A DNA stretch of 50,099 nt from Armatimonadota bacterium (GTDB taxonomy: Bacteria; Armatimonadota; SYMT01). Made by a program: the position numbers and the translations under genes. The stretch covers positions 1 through 50,099 of the forward strand of contig JAWLHY010000022.1 of assembly GCA_041690135.1 (NCBI GenBank), written 5' to 3'. Shown piece by piece: positions 19,069 through 27,141 of this stretch; the stretch's first letter is position 1, and every line of letters starts with the position of its first letter. Under the pieces are notes generated by a model. It searched no databases and was not told the DNA's origin. It worked only from the letters and a program-made list of their open reading frames with translations.

Positions 19069-20130
19069 ATGAGCGAGAATAAACCCAAGGAACACCGCCT
19101 CGGCCGCCGCGCGCTTCTGGCCGCGGCCGGAGCCCTGCTGCCCACGGCCGCACTGGCCCGCGATTACGGCAAGAACGCCGCGCCCGTCCGCTACCCGGAA
19201 CCCGATGTCGTCGTTCTGGACCCGCGGTTCGCGAAGTACAAGATCGGCAATACTCCTATCCAGCGCCTCTACACCGGCATGCTCTGGGCGGAAGGCATCT
19301 GCTGGAACGGCCTCGGCCGCTACGTGATGTGGAGCGACATCCCCAACGATCGCCAGCTCCGGTGGTTGAATGAAGATGGCCATGTCAGCGTTTTCCGCAC
19401 CCCGGCCGGCAACAGCAACGGCAACACCTTCGACTACCAGGGCCGCCAGATCTCCTTCGAGCACGGCAACCGGCGGGTCGTCCGCTATGAGAACGACGGC
19501 ACCATCACCGTGCTGGCCGACAAGTTCCAGGGCAAGCGGTTCAACGCCCCCAACGACGGAGCCGTACACCCGGACGGCAGCATCTGGTTCACCGACCCCG
19601 GCTACGGCAGCATGATGCACTATGAGGGCAACAAGGGCCCCCTGGAGATCAAGGAAGCCGTCTACCGGATCGACGGCAAGACCGGCAAGGTCGATAAGGT
19701 CACCGACGAGCTCTTCAAGCCGAACGGCCTCTGCTTCTCCCCGGACTACAAGAAAGTTTACGTAGCCGACACCGGAGGCCCCACCAATGGAGAAGGGCCC
19801 AAGAACATCAAGGTGTGGGACATCGACGGCACGAAGTTGAAGAACGGCCGCGAGTTCTGCAAGATGAAACTAGGCGACAGGGCTGGGGTCGCGGACGGCA
19901 TCCGCGCCGACACGGACGGCAACATCTGGGCTTCCGCCGGCTGGGTCGGCGAAGGCTACGATGGGGTCCACATCTTCGCCCCCAATGGCGAGCGCATCGG
20001 CCAGATCCTCCTCCCCGAGATCTGCGGAAACCTCTGCTTCGGCGGCCCCAAGCGCAACCGGCTCTTCATGGCGGCCAGCCAGTCGATCTACGCTGTCTAC
20101 GTCGAAGCCATCGGCGCCCACATCTGCTGA
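19069..20130 (+). CDS. SMP-30/gluconolactonase/LRE family protein
   Basis: GRRALL Tat motif, WAEGICW, SDIPN, SNGNTFD, NAPND, FTDPGYG, PNGLCFSPD, ADGIRADTDGNIW. Confidence 0.92.
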   Translation: MSENKPKEHRLGRRALLAAAGALLPTAALARDYGKNAAPVRYPEPDVVVLDPRFAKYKIGNTPIQRLYTGMLWAEGICWNGLGRYVMWSDIPNDRQLRWLNEDGHVSVFRTPAGNSNGNTFDYQGRQISFEHGNRRVVRYENDGTITVLADKFQGKRFNAPNDGAVHPDGSIWFTDPGYGSMMHYEGNKGPLEIKEAVYRIDGKTGKVDKVTDELFKPNGLCFSPDYKKVYVADTGGPTNGEGPKNIKVWDIDGTKLKNGREFCKMKLGDRAGVADGIRADTDGNIWASAGWVGEGYDGVHIFAPNGERIGQILLPEICGNLCFGGPKRNRLFMAASQSIYAVYVEAIGAHIC

Positions 20131-20690
20131 TCCCTCCCCGCAGCAGATTCTCCATCACCCCGGTGCCGGCTCCCCGCTCGCACCGGGGTGAGTTTCCGAT
20201 AGAGTCCACCATTACGATCCGGCGCCCGACCTAGCTCCGGTGAAACCGAGGCGGTCATGGAGCTTGCCGGAGTGACGCGCTCGCGCGGCCTCCCTGTGGG
20301 TACCGCACCAAGACCGGCAAGTCTCCACCAGGCGCATTACAGATCCAAGGTGCGTGGCCCCTGCTTCGTCGGACGTGTAGGAGTCGCTTGTCGTCGCGTT
20401 CGGGTCTCCAGTGGCGGGTGTAGGGATCACGGCCACCACAACATGCCGGGAGAAAACTCATCAGGCTTCCATCGCCTCCTCAAAGGGAGGCCGCGCAAGC
20501 GCCGGCACTCCGGCAACAACCCTGCCTGCGTCCGGTTCACCTGTACGCGCTCCAAATCCAAATACGCGGCAATCCATGATTGGGTAGGTCACTGGCCACG
20601 TAAGTTCCGGTTGTCAGCCCCAGATCTGTACAACGGATCTTGTGAGGCGGCGCTTCGGGTGAGCAAGACAATCTCTTTTCTTGCACCGGC

Positions 20691-20715
20691 GTAGGGCGAA
20701 TTCTCCGTCACAGCG
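20691..20715 (+). repeat. degenerate GTAG-type REP
   Basis: gtagggcgaattctccgtcacagcg versus 26303 gtagggcggattctccgtcaccgcc. Confidence 0.55.
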
Positions 20716-20871
20716 AGGCTTGGGACCTGGACCCCATCACGCCGGGTGGGAATCTGCTTGCGCCATTGAAACCTCACCCTCAACTAACGCAGGTGCCCCG
20801 TTGGCCCTCGGATGAACCTACCTCCAGTGGCGCCGCATTCTGTAGCGGCTCCCACCAGGAGGCACCCCCTC

Positions 20872-22242
20872 ATGGCCAAAGTACTCTTCACCATCCTCAC
20901 CCTGGCGGCGACCCTGGCGGGCCCCCTCGCCGCACGCGAACGACGCGAGGCGCGCATGTGGAAAGCAGGCATCGCCCGGACCGTGATTACCCCGGAAGGA
21001 ACGCAGTGGCTGTCCGGATATGGCAGCAAGCGCCCCGCGGAGGGGAAGCGGCACGACCTCTGGATCAAAGCGCTGGCGCTGGAGGACCCCAGCGGCCGGC
21101 GCTCCGTCCTGGTCACCACCGACCTGGTGGGCATGTCCAAGGGCATGTACGACCGGATCAGCGCCGCCTGTGAGAAGCGCCTGAAACTGAAGCGCGACCA
21201 GGTGATGCTCACCTACTCGCACAACCACTGCGCCCCGGTGACCTCCGACTGCCTGCCGGACTATTACCCCCTGGAGGAGGCCGACTGGAAAGTCGTCGAG
21301 TCCTATTCCCGTGACCTGGAGGAGCGGACGGTCCGCCTGGTGGAAGAAGCGCTCCGCAACCTGGCGCCCGCGACCCTCTCCGCGGGGGAAGGGGAAACGA
21401 CCTTCGCGGTCAACCGCCGCAACAACAAGGAGGCGGAGGTTCCGGATCTCCTGGCGAAGGGTGTCCCGCTCCAGGGGCCGGTTGACCACAGCGTACCGGT
21501 GCTGGCAGTTCGCAGCCCCCAGGGGAAGCTGCTCGCGGTCACCTTCGGATACGCCTGCCACCCGACGACTCTGAGCGACCTGCAGTGGTGCGGCGACTAT
21601 CCCGGATACGCGCAGATCGAGATCGAGAAGAAGCACCCCGGCGCCACCGCCCTGTTCTGGACCGGCTGCGGCGGCGACCAGAACCCGCTGCCCCGGCGCT
21701 CGGTGGCGCTCTGCGAGAAGTATGGAGGCATGCTGGCCTCCGCCGTCGAAGAAGTGCTGGCGAAACCGCTCCGCCCGGTGCATCCGAAGCTGCGGACCTC
21801 TTTCGAGTTCGTCCGGCTGGACTTCGACCGCCGCCCGACACGTCCAGAGTTGGAGGCGGATGCGAAATCGCCGAACAGCGTCCGCGCGCGCTGGGCGAAA
21901 CGCATGCTGACCCTGCTGGACGGCAACCACCGCTTCCCGGAGAAGGTGGACTACGGCGTGCAGGCGTGGCAACTGGGAGACCAGCTCTGGATCGCCCTCG
22001 GCGGAGAGGCGGTCGTGGACTATTCCCTCCGCTTCAAGCGGGAGTACGGTCCCCACACCTGGGTCGCCGGTTATGCCCATGACATGGTCGGATACGTGCC
22101 TTCGCGCCGCGTCTGGAACGAGGGCGGTTACGAGGCGGAGTTCATCTACGAGTACGGCTGGCTGGCCTACCGGTGGACGGCCGATACGGAGGACCGCATC
22201 GCCGCCGCCGTCGAACGGCTGGTAGATAAGGTGAAGCGCTGA
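20872..22242 (+). CDS. neutral/alkaline ceramidase-like N-terminal domain protein
   Basis: WKAGIARTVITP...LSGYG, HDLWIKALAL, SHNHCAP, YACHPT, GDYPG, GCGGDQNP, GGYE; SD aggagg before ATG 20872. Confidence 0.85.
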   Translation: MAKVLFTILTLAATLAGPLAARERREARMWKAGIARTVITPEGTQWLSGYGSKRPAEGKRHDLWIKALALEDPSGRRSVLVTTDLVGMSKGMYDRISAACEKRLKLKRDQVMLTYSHNHCAPVTSDCLPDYYPLEEADWKVVESYSRDLEERTVRLVEEALRNLAPATLSAGEGETTFAVNRRNNKEAEVPDLLAKGVPLQGPVDHSVPVLAVRSPQGKLLAVTFGYACHPTTLSDLQWCGDYPGYAQIEIEKKHPGATALFWTGCGGDQNPLPRRSVALCEKYGGMLASAVEEVLAKPLRPVHPKLRTSFEFVRLDFDRRPTRPELEADAKSPNSVRARWAKRMLTLLDGNHRFPEKVDYGVQAWQLGDQLWIALGGEAVVDYSLRFKREYGPHTWVAGYAHDMVGYVPSRRVWNEGGYEAEFIYEYGWLAYRWTADTEDRIAAAVERLVDKVKR

Positions 22243-22245
22243 CCC

Positions 22246-23313
22246 ATGAAGATCCTGGTTTCCTCCCTCTGCGCCGCGCTCGCCCTGGGTGCAGGGCCGG
22301 CACTGGCGGACACCTTCGCCTACGTCTCCGTCGCGGGTGAGAACAAGATCGCGATCTACCGCGTCGATCCCGACCGGGGTACCCTCACCCGCACCGGCGA
22401 GGCCGTCCTCCCCGGCGCTCCCGGCGCCCTGGCGGTCGATCCACAGAAGCGCTACCTCTTTGCCTCCATCCGCTCCAACAACAGCCTCGGCTCCTTCCGG
22501 ATCGATCCGGCAACGGGCGCCCTCACGCCGATCAACACCGTCAACGCCGGCGCCAACTCCGCCTATGTAGGCACGGATCAGTCCGGGCGTTATCTCCTCT
22601 CCGCCTACTACCAGGCGGGGAAGGCGATGGTCCACGCCATCGGTAAGGACGGCTCTCTGAGCGCCGAGCCGGTCCAGGTGGTGGAAACTGCCCCCAACGC
22701 CCACTCGGCCATTTCGGACGCGCAGAACCGCTGGGTTTTCGTACCCCACACCGGCCCTAACGCCATCTTCCAGTTCCGGTTCAACCCGGCCACCGGCAAG
22801 CTCACCCCCAACCTCGAGCCGAAGGTCGAGCCCCCCGCCAACGTCGGGCCGCGGCACCTGAAGTTCCACCCCACGAAGCCGGTGGCCTACACCTCCGATG
22901 AACTGGGGAGCAGCATCTCCGCCTACAGCCTGGAGCCCCAGACCGGACGTCTCTCCCGTTTCCAGACCCTCTCCACGCTACCGGCGGATTTCCAGGGCAA
23001 GAACACCACGGCCGAGGTGAAGGTCCACCCCACGGGGCGCTTCGTCTACGTTTCCAACCGCGGCCACGACAGCATCGCCGGCTTCCGTATCCAGGACTCC
23101 GGCGTGGTCGAGGCGATTGGCCAGGCTCCCACGGAGAAGACTCCCCGCTCGTTCGACATCGATCCTTCGGGGCGCTACCTCTACTCTGCGGGCCAGGGCA
23201 CCACCCGCCTCGCCGCCTACCGCATCGATCCGAATACCGGAAAGCTCGACCGCTTCGAGACGTACGAGGTCGGCAAACAACCCTCCTGGATCACGGTGGT
23301 GACCCTGCGGTGA
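22246..23313 (+). CDS. lactonase family protein (6-phosphogluconolactonase Pgl-like beta-propeller), secreted
   Basis: Signal peptide, NAHS, GPRHLKFHP, VYVSNRGHDSIA, TPRSFDIDPSG. Confidence 0.9.
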   Translation: MKILVSSLCAALALGAGPALADTFAYVSVAGENKIAIYRVDPDRGTLTRTGEAVLPGAPGALAVDPQKRYLFASIRSNNSLGSFRIDPATGALTPINTVNAGANSAYVGTDQSGRYLLSAYYQAGKAMVHAIGKDGSLSAEPVQVVETAPNAHSAISDAQNRWVFVPHTGPNAIFQFRFNPATGKLTPNLEPKVEPPANVGPRHLKFHPTKPVAYTSDELGSSISAYSLEPQTGRLSRFQTLSTLPADFQGKNTTAEVKVHPTGRFVYVSNRGHDSIAGFRIQDSGVVEAIGQAPTEKTPRSFDIDPSGRYLYSAGQGTTRLAAYRIDPNTGKLDRFETYEVGKQPSWITVVTLR

Positions 23314-23316
23314 TTC

Positions 23317-23508
23317 CCAGCTCCGGAGGGGCGGTAGAGATCGGGCGCCCGCATGCGGGCAGGGGGTGCAAACCCCCGGAACAGGGCGCCCCCACAAACG
23401 CCAGCCCCGGAGGGGCGACAGAGATCGGGCGCCCGCATGCGGGCAGGGGGGTGCAAACCCCCGGAGCAGAGCGCCCCCACGTACACTAGCCCCGGAGGGG
23501 CGGCAGAG
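23317..23508 (+). repeat. ~84-bp tandem BIME/REP-like repeat (2.3 copies)
   Basis: Units start at 23317, 23401 and 23486, each beginning agc(t/c)ccggaggggcg. The two full units also contain gcccgcatgcgggc and gggggtgcaaacccc palindromes. Confidence 0.85.
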
Positions 23509-23564
23509 CTTCCGATCCGCTCAACTGCGGATCCCGACCCTTGACGAATGAAACAGGAACACTC

Positions 23565-25019
23565 ATGCGCTGGTTGTTGATGGCAGGAATAGCAGCTTCG
23601 GCACTCACGGTCGCGGCCCGGCCGCAAATGGTAGAGGCCCAGGAGCCTATGCAGCGGCCGAACCTGATCGTGCTGCTCTCCGACGACCAGCGCTGGGATA
23701 CGATGGGCTGTGTGGGGAACCGGGTCATCCGCACTCCCAACATGGATGCGCTCGCCGCCGGCGGGGTCCGCTTCCGCAACGCCTTCGTAACCACCCCCAT
23801 CTGCGCCGCCAGCCGCGCTTCCCTCTTCACCGGGCTGTACGAGCGAACTCACCAGTACACCTTCAGCACGCCCCCTATCCGGAAAGCGCATGGCGAGATC
23901 AGCTTCCCCACCCAGCTTCGCAAGGCTGGCTACCGCACCGGCTTTGTCGGCAAATTTGGCGTTGGCGTCGAAGAGCAGGGCCAGAAGGAGATGTTCGACT
24001 ACTTCCAGCCTCTCAACCGGACGCCCTACCACAAGAAGCAGCCGGACGGCACCGAGCGCTACGTGGAAGACATCGCCGGGGATAAAGCCATCGAGTTCCT
24101 GGAAGGCTGCAAGGCGGACCAACCGTTCTGCCTTTCCGTCAGCTTCAACGCCCCCCATGCCGAAGACAACGACCCCAAACAATACTTCTGGACGAAGAGC
24201 GTCGACGGCCTCTACAACGACGTCACCTTCCCCCAGCCGCACACCATGGCGCCCGCCTTCTTTGAAGCCCTGCCCCCCTTCCTGAAGGACACGGAAAGCC
24301 GGGTCCGGTACAACTGGCGCTTCGACGATCCCCAGAAATACCAGGAGATGGTCCGCGGCTATTACCGGATGATCACTTCCGTCGACCTGGTCATCGGCCG
24401 CATCCGGGAAGAGCTGGAAAAGCGCGGCCTGGCGAAGAACACCGTCATCCTCTTCACCTCGGATAACGGCTATTTCCTGGGTGAGCGCGGCATGGCCGAC
24501 AAGTGGTACGGCTACGAACACTCCATCCGCGTGCCCATGATCGCCTACGATCCCCGCATCCCCGCCGACCGCCGCGGCACGGTGGTCGATCCGGTCGCCC
24601 TCAATGTCGACCTCGCCCCCACCCTCCTCGAGTTGGCCGGAGCAAAAAGCCCCACCCTATACCAGGGCCGCAGCCTGCTCCCCGTGATGCACGGAGAAAC
24701 ACCTGTCGACTGGCGCACCGACTTCCTCTTCGAGCACCTGTTCGAGCGCCACAACATCCCCAAGAGCGAGGGCGTGCGCAACGAGCGCTGGACCTACATC
24801 CGCTGGTTCGAGCAGCAGCCGGTAGTCGAAGAACTCTACGACCACCAGACCGACTTCGAGCAGACCCGCAACCTGATCAAAGACGAACGCTACGCCAAAG
24901 TCCTCGCCGAACTCCGCCGCCGGACGGACCAACTCCGCGACGAATACGGCGGCCCTTACCAACCCCGTCCCAAACCCCAACCCTCCGGAGCCCGCCCAAA
25001 ACCCCGAAAGGGAAACTAA
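23565..25019 (+). CDS. sulfatase (Cys-type, formylglycine-dependent)
   Basis: RPNLIVLLSDDQR, CAASRASLFTG, GYRTGFVGK, FNAPH, FTSDNG, YEHSIRVP; signal peptide. Confidence 0.93.
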   Translation: MRWLLMAGIAASALTVAARPQMVEAQEPMQRPNLIVLLSDDQRWDTMGCVGNRVIRTPNMDALAAGGVRFRNAFVTTPICAASRASLFTGLYERTHQYTFSTPPIRKAHGEISFPTQLRKAGYRTGFVGKFGVGVEEQGQKEMFDYFQPLNRTPYHKKQPDGTERYVEDIAGDKAIEFLEGCKADQPFCLSVSFNAPHAEDNDPKQYFWTKSVDGLYNDVTFPQPHTMAPAFFEALPPFLKDTESRVRYNWRFDDPQKYQEMVRGYYRMITSVDLVIGRIREELEKRGLAKNTVILFTSDNGYFLGERGMADKWYGYEHSIRVPMIAYDPRIPADRRGTVVDPVALNVDLAPTLLELAGAKSPTLYQGRSLLPVMHGETPVDWRTDFLFEHLFERHNIPKSEGVRNERWTYIRWFEQQPVVEELYDHQTDFEQTRNLIKDERYAKVLAELRRRTDQLRDEYGGPYQPRPKPQPSGARPKPRKGN

Positions 25020-25058
25020 CGGCTCATCATTGCGTGCTGACGTCCGCGCATCACTCCA

Positions 25059-25121
25059 GTGGCGCGGGCGTCTCGCCCGCCTCCCGCACAACGATACAGT
25101 GGCGCGGGCGTCTCGCCCGCC
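25059..25121 (+). repeat. two REP-like palindromes in tandem (40-bp period)
   Basis: gtggcgcgggcgtctcgcccgcc at 25059 and 25099. Confidence 0.85.
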
Positions 25122-25190
25122 TCGCGCACCCATCCCGCCGTGTGCGCCTCGGGCCCGCCCCGCCAGACGAACTAACCTGTGGCTTCGGAC

Positions 25191-25217
25191 GTAGGGGAAT
25201 GGTCGCTGTCCCTTCCC
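25191..25217 (+). repeat. GTAG-type REP variant
   Basis: gtaggggaatggtcgctgtcccttccc shares the gctgtccc core with the 4799 and 43929 copies. Confidence 0.5.
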
Positions 25218-25342
25218 AAGATCTTGACGAAGAACCCGTCAACCAACCATTCGCCCTGATCCCGATTCCCGGAGCAACGGGCACCCGCTCGGCCTCCCGC
25301 CGCAACGCCCTCGCCCGCAATTCCCTGCGGCACCCGCCAGAC

Positions 25343-26209
25343 TCACCGCCCACATTTCCGCCACTGCGCCTCCGCCTGCAGCAACACCTCCGCCACCGCA
25401 CGGTGCTTTTTCCGCCGTACATACTCCCGCGCCGTCCTTCCCTGGCCATCCTTCCGGGTCGGATCCGCACCCGCCGCTAACAAAACCCGCACCGCCGCCA
25501 ACCCCCCGCTCCACGCGGCTTTCATGAGTGGGGTCACTCCCGCGTCAGCCGTCGCATCAACCTTCGCCCCCAGATCAAGAAAGCGGCGAAGAATTCGGAC
25601 ATCTCCGCCCCAGGCTGCGCCATGGAGAGCGGTCAGGTTCCGCGGTGGTACCGCCGCGGTTGGGTCGGCCCCTCGCGCCAGAAGCAAGTCGACTACATCG
25701 CGATGAGGTCCCGCTGCCGCATGCATCAGCGCGGTCTGCCCTTCCGTGGCCAGGTCGGGAGGCACACCCCGGTCCAGCAGGAGCCGGACCGCCTCCAACT
25801 GTCCCGCTTCCGCAGCGGCCAGGATCGGCTGAACCCCGCCGTGGTAGACTGGGTCGTCCGGCTTCACCCCCCGCCGGAACAGCAGCTCCATCAGTTCGAG
25901 ATCCCCTTCTTCCACGGCAAACGCCATCACGGTCTTGTTGCCCGTGTGGTAGTCCAGACAGAGATCGGGGCTCGCCCCGGACCGGACCAGGGACCGCATC
26001 GCGGACAGATCGATCCGGAGCATGGCGGCCTCCAGGGCCCGGTCCAGTTCCTGCTGCCGCTGTCTCACCAGCACCCAGGCCGCGACGCCAAACAGCAAGA
26101 GCAGGACCAGCAGCGCCAGCGACCCGGAGAGCCACGCCCGCGCCCTCCGAGCCTGCCCCTCTCCCGTCGCTCCGCCCTCAATTTGCCCCACGCGAGATCG
26201 CAGCATCAA
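25343..26209 (-). CDS. membrane-anchored ankyrin-repeat protein
   Basis: One TM helix, then repeats GQTALMHAA, TALHGAAWGG, GVTPLMKAA, DGQGRTA. Start uncertain. Confidence 0.88.
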   Translation of the reverse strand: MMLRSRVGQIEGGATGEGQARRARAWLSGSLALLVLLLLFGVAAWVLVRQRQQELDRALEAAMLRIDLSAMRSLVRSGASPDLCLDYHTGNKTVMAFAVEEGDLELMELLFRRGVKPDDPVYHGGVQPILAAAEAGQLEAVRLLLDRGVPPDLATEGQTALMHAAAGPHRDVVDLLLARGADPTAAVPPRNLTALHGAAWGGDVRILRRFLDLGAKVDATADAGVTPLMKAAWSGGLAAVRVLLAAGADPTRKDGQGRTAREYVRRKKHRAVAEVLLQAEAQWRKCGR

Positions 26210-26302
26210 CCCCTCGCTCTTGTTCCCCCCACTGGTCCGGGATCTCCGAGGCCGTTAGGAGCAGCTCTTGTAGGCCGGATTGCCCTCTGAACACGCACCG
26301 AT

Positions 26303-26327
26303 GTAGGGCGGATTCTCCGTCACCGCC
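26303..26327 (+). repeat. GTAG-type REP
   Basis: gtagGGCGGattctccgtcaCCGCC. Confidence 0.6.
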
Positions 26328-26430
26328 GGGCTATGTGCTAGTACCCGTCATGCCCTGCGGTAGCCTCAACTGGACTGCGCCCCGGACAAAACACGATGCA
26401 CCGCACGCAACTCGCAAGACACGCACTCCA

Positions 26431-26646
26431 CTACTTGGCACTGGTCGGCTCCTCGGCCTCCTCTGTCGCACATTTCGTGCAGACCGCCGGCTCCGAGCTC
26501 CGGAACAGCCACCGACCGCCCGGCACGCACCGGGCACACCCGATGCGTTTACAGACGGAACACGCGCGGCCCGGGTCACCCGTCATGAACTGCGGGTCCA
26601 ACCCCTTCCCGCAAAAGGCGCACTTCCACTCCACGATCCCCGCCAT
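26431..26646 (-). CDS. small protein with four CxxC motifs (putative double Zn finger)
   Basis: CAFC, CSVC, CARC and CTKC in 71 aa; SD-like ggtgaggg before ATG. Confidence 0.65.
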   Translation of the reverse strand: MAGIVEWKCAFCGKGLDPQFMTGDPGRACSVCKRIGCARCVPGGRWLFRSSEPAVCTKCATEEAEEPTSAK

Positions 26647-26692
26647 GCCCTCACCCCCATCCGTACCGAAGTAGAGATCTCAGTTCTAGCTC

Positions 26693-26896
26693 TCAGCCAT
26701 CCTTATCCATTTCCGGGTCGCACCGCGCGCACTCCAGTTCCCGGCCAATCCTGCTCCGGCGGCCCTCCTCCGTAGTGACCCACGGCCGGTTCAGGAACGG
26801 GGGCTCATGGCGGACATGCTGCCGATGCCCGCAGCCAAGCAGTGCCACCCAGTGCCCTTCCTCATCCTGTATGAATCCGGTAATCGCCTGTTTCAT
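26693..26896 (-). CDS. DUF3565-family small protein
   Basis: MKQAITGFIQDEEGHWVALLGCGHRQHVRHEPPFLNRPWV...CARC; true start at ATG 26896. Confidence 0.85.
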   Translation of the reverse strand: MKQAITGFIQDEEGHWVALLGCGHRQHVRHEPPFLNRPWVTTEEGRRSRIGRELECARCDPEMDKDG

Positions 26897-27088
26897 CAGT
26901 AACCATCCTAACCCGGCACCCGGTGACGCCGATTTTCCCCCACGCGAGCGATTCCGCGCAAAAGGGTGCAACACCCCCACCCGCCGCGTGACAGGAACAG
27001 GGGAGGTTCCCTCTACCGCCAGCCACCCGCACTCGTCCTGGGTCAACCGGCGCACTACGAGGGACACTGATGTCCAACTTCTCTTTTC

Positions 27089-27126
27089 CCTCTCCGTGTG
27101 CCCTCTGTGTCTCCGTGGCTCCGTGG
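27089..27126 (+). repeat. nonamer-type tandem micro-repeat (CTCYGTG..)
   Basis: ctctccgtgtgccctctgtgtctccgtggctccgtgg. Confidence 0.55.
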
Positions 27127-27141
27127 AGAGAATAGTCCGCC

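Noticed and set aside
23317-23508. 84-bp repeat as a mini-CRISPR
   Set aside because: The intervening sequence is itself repeated rather than unique.
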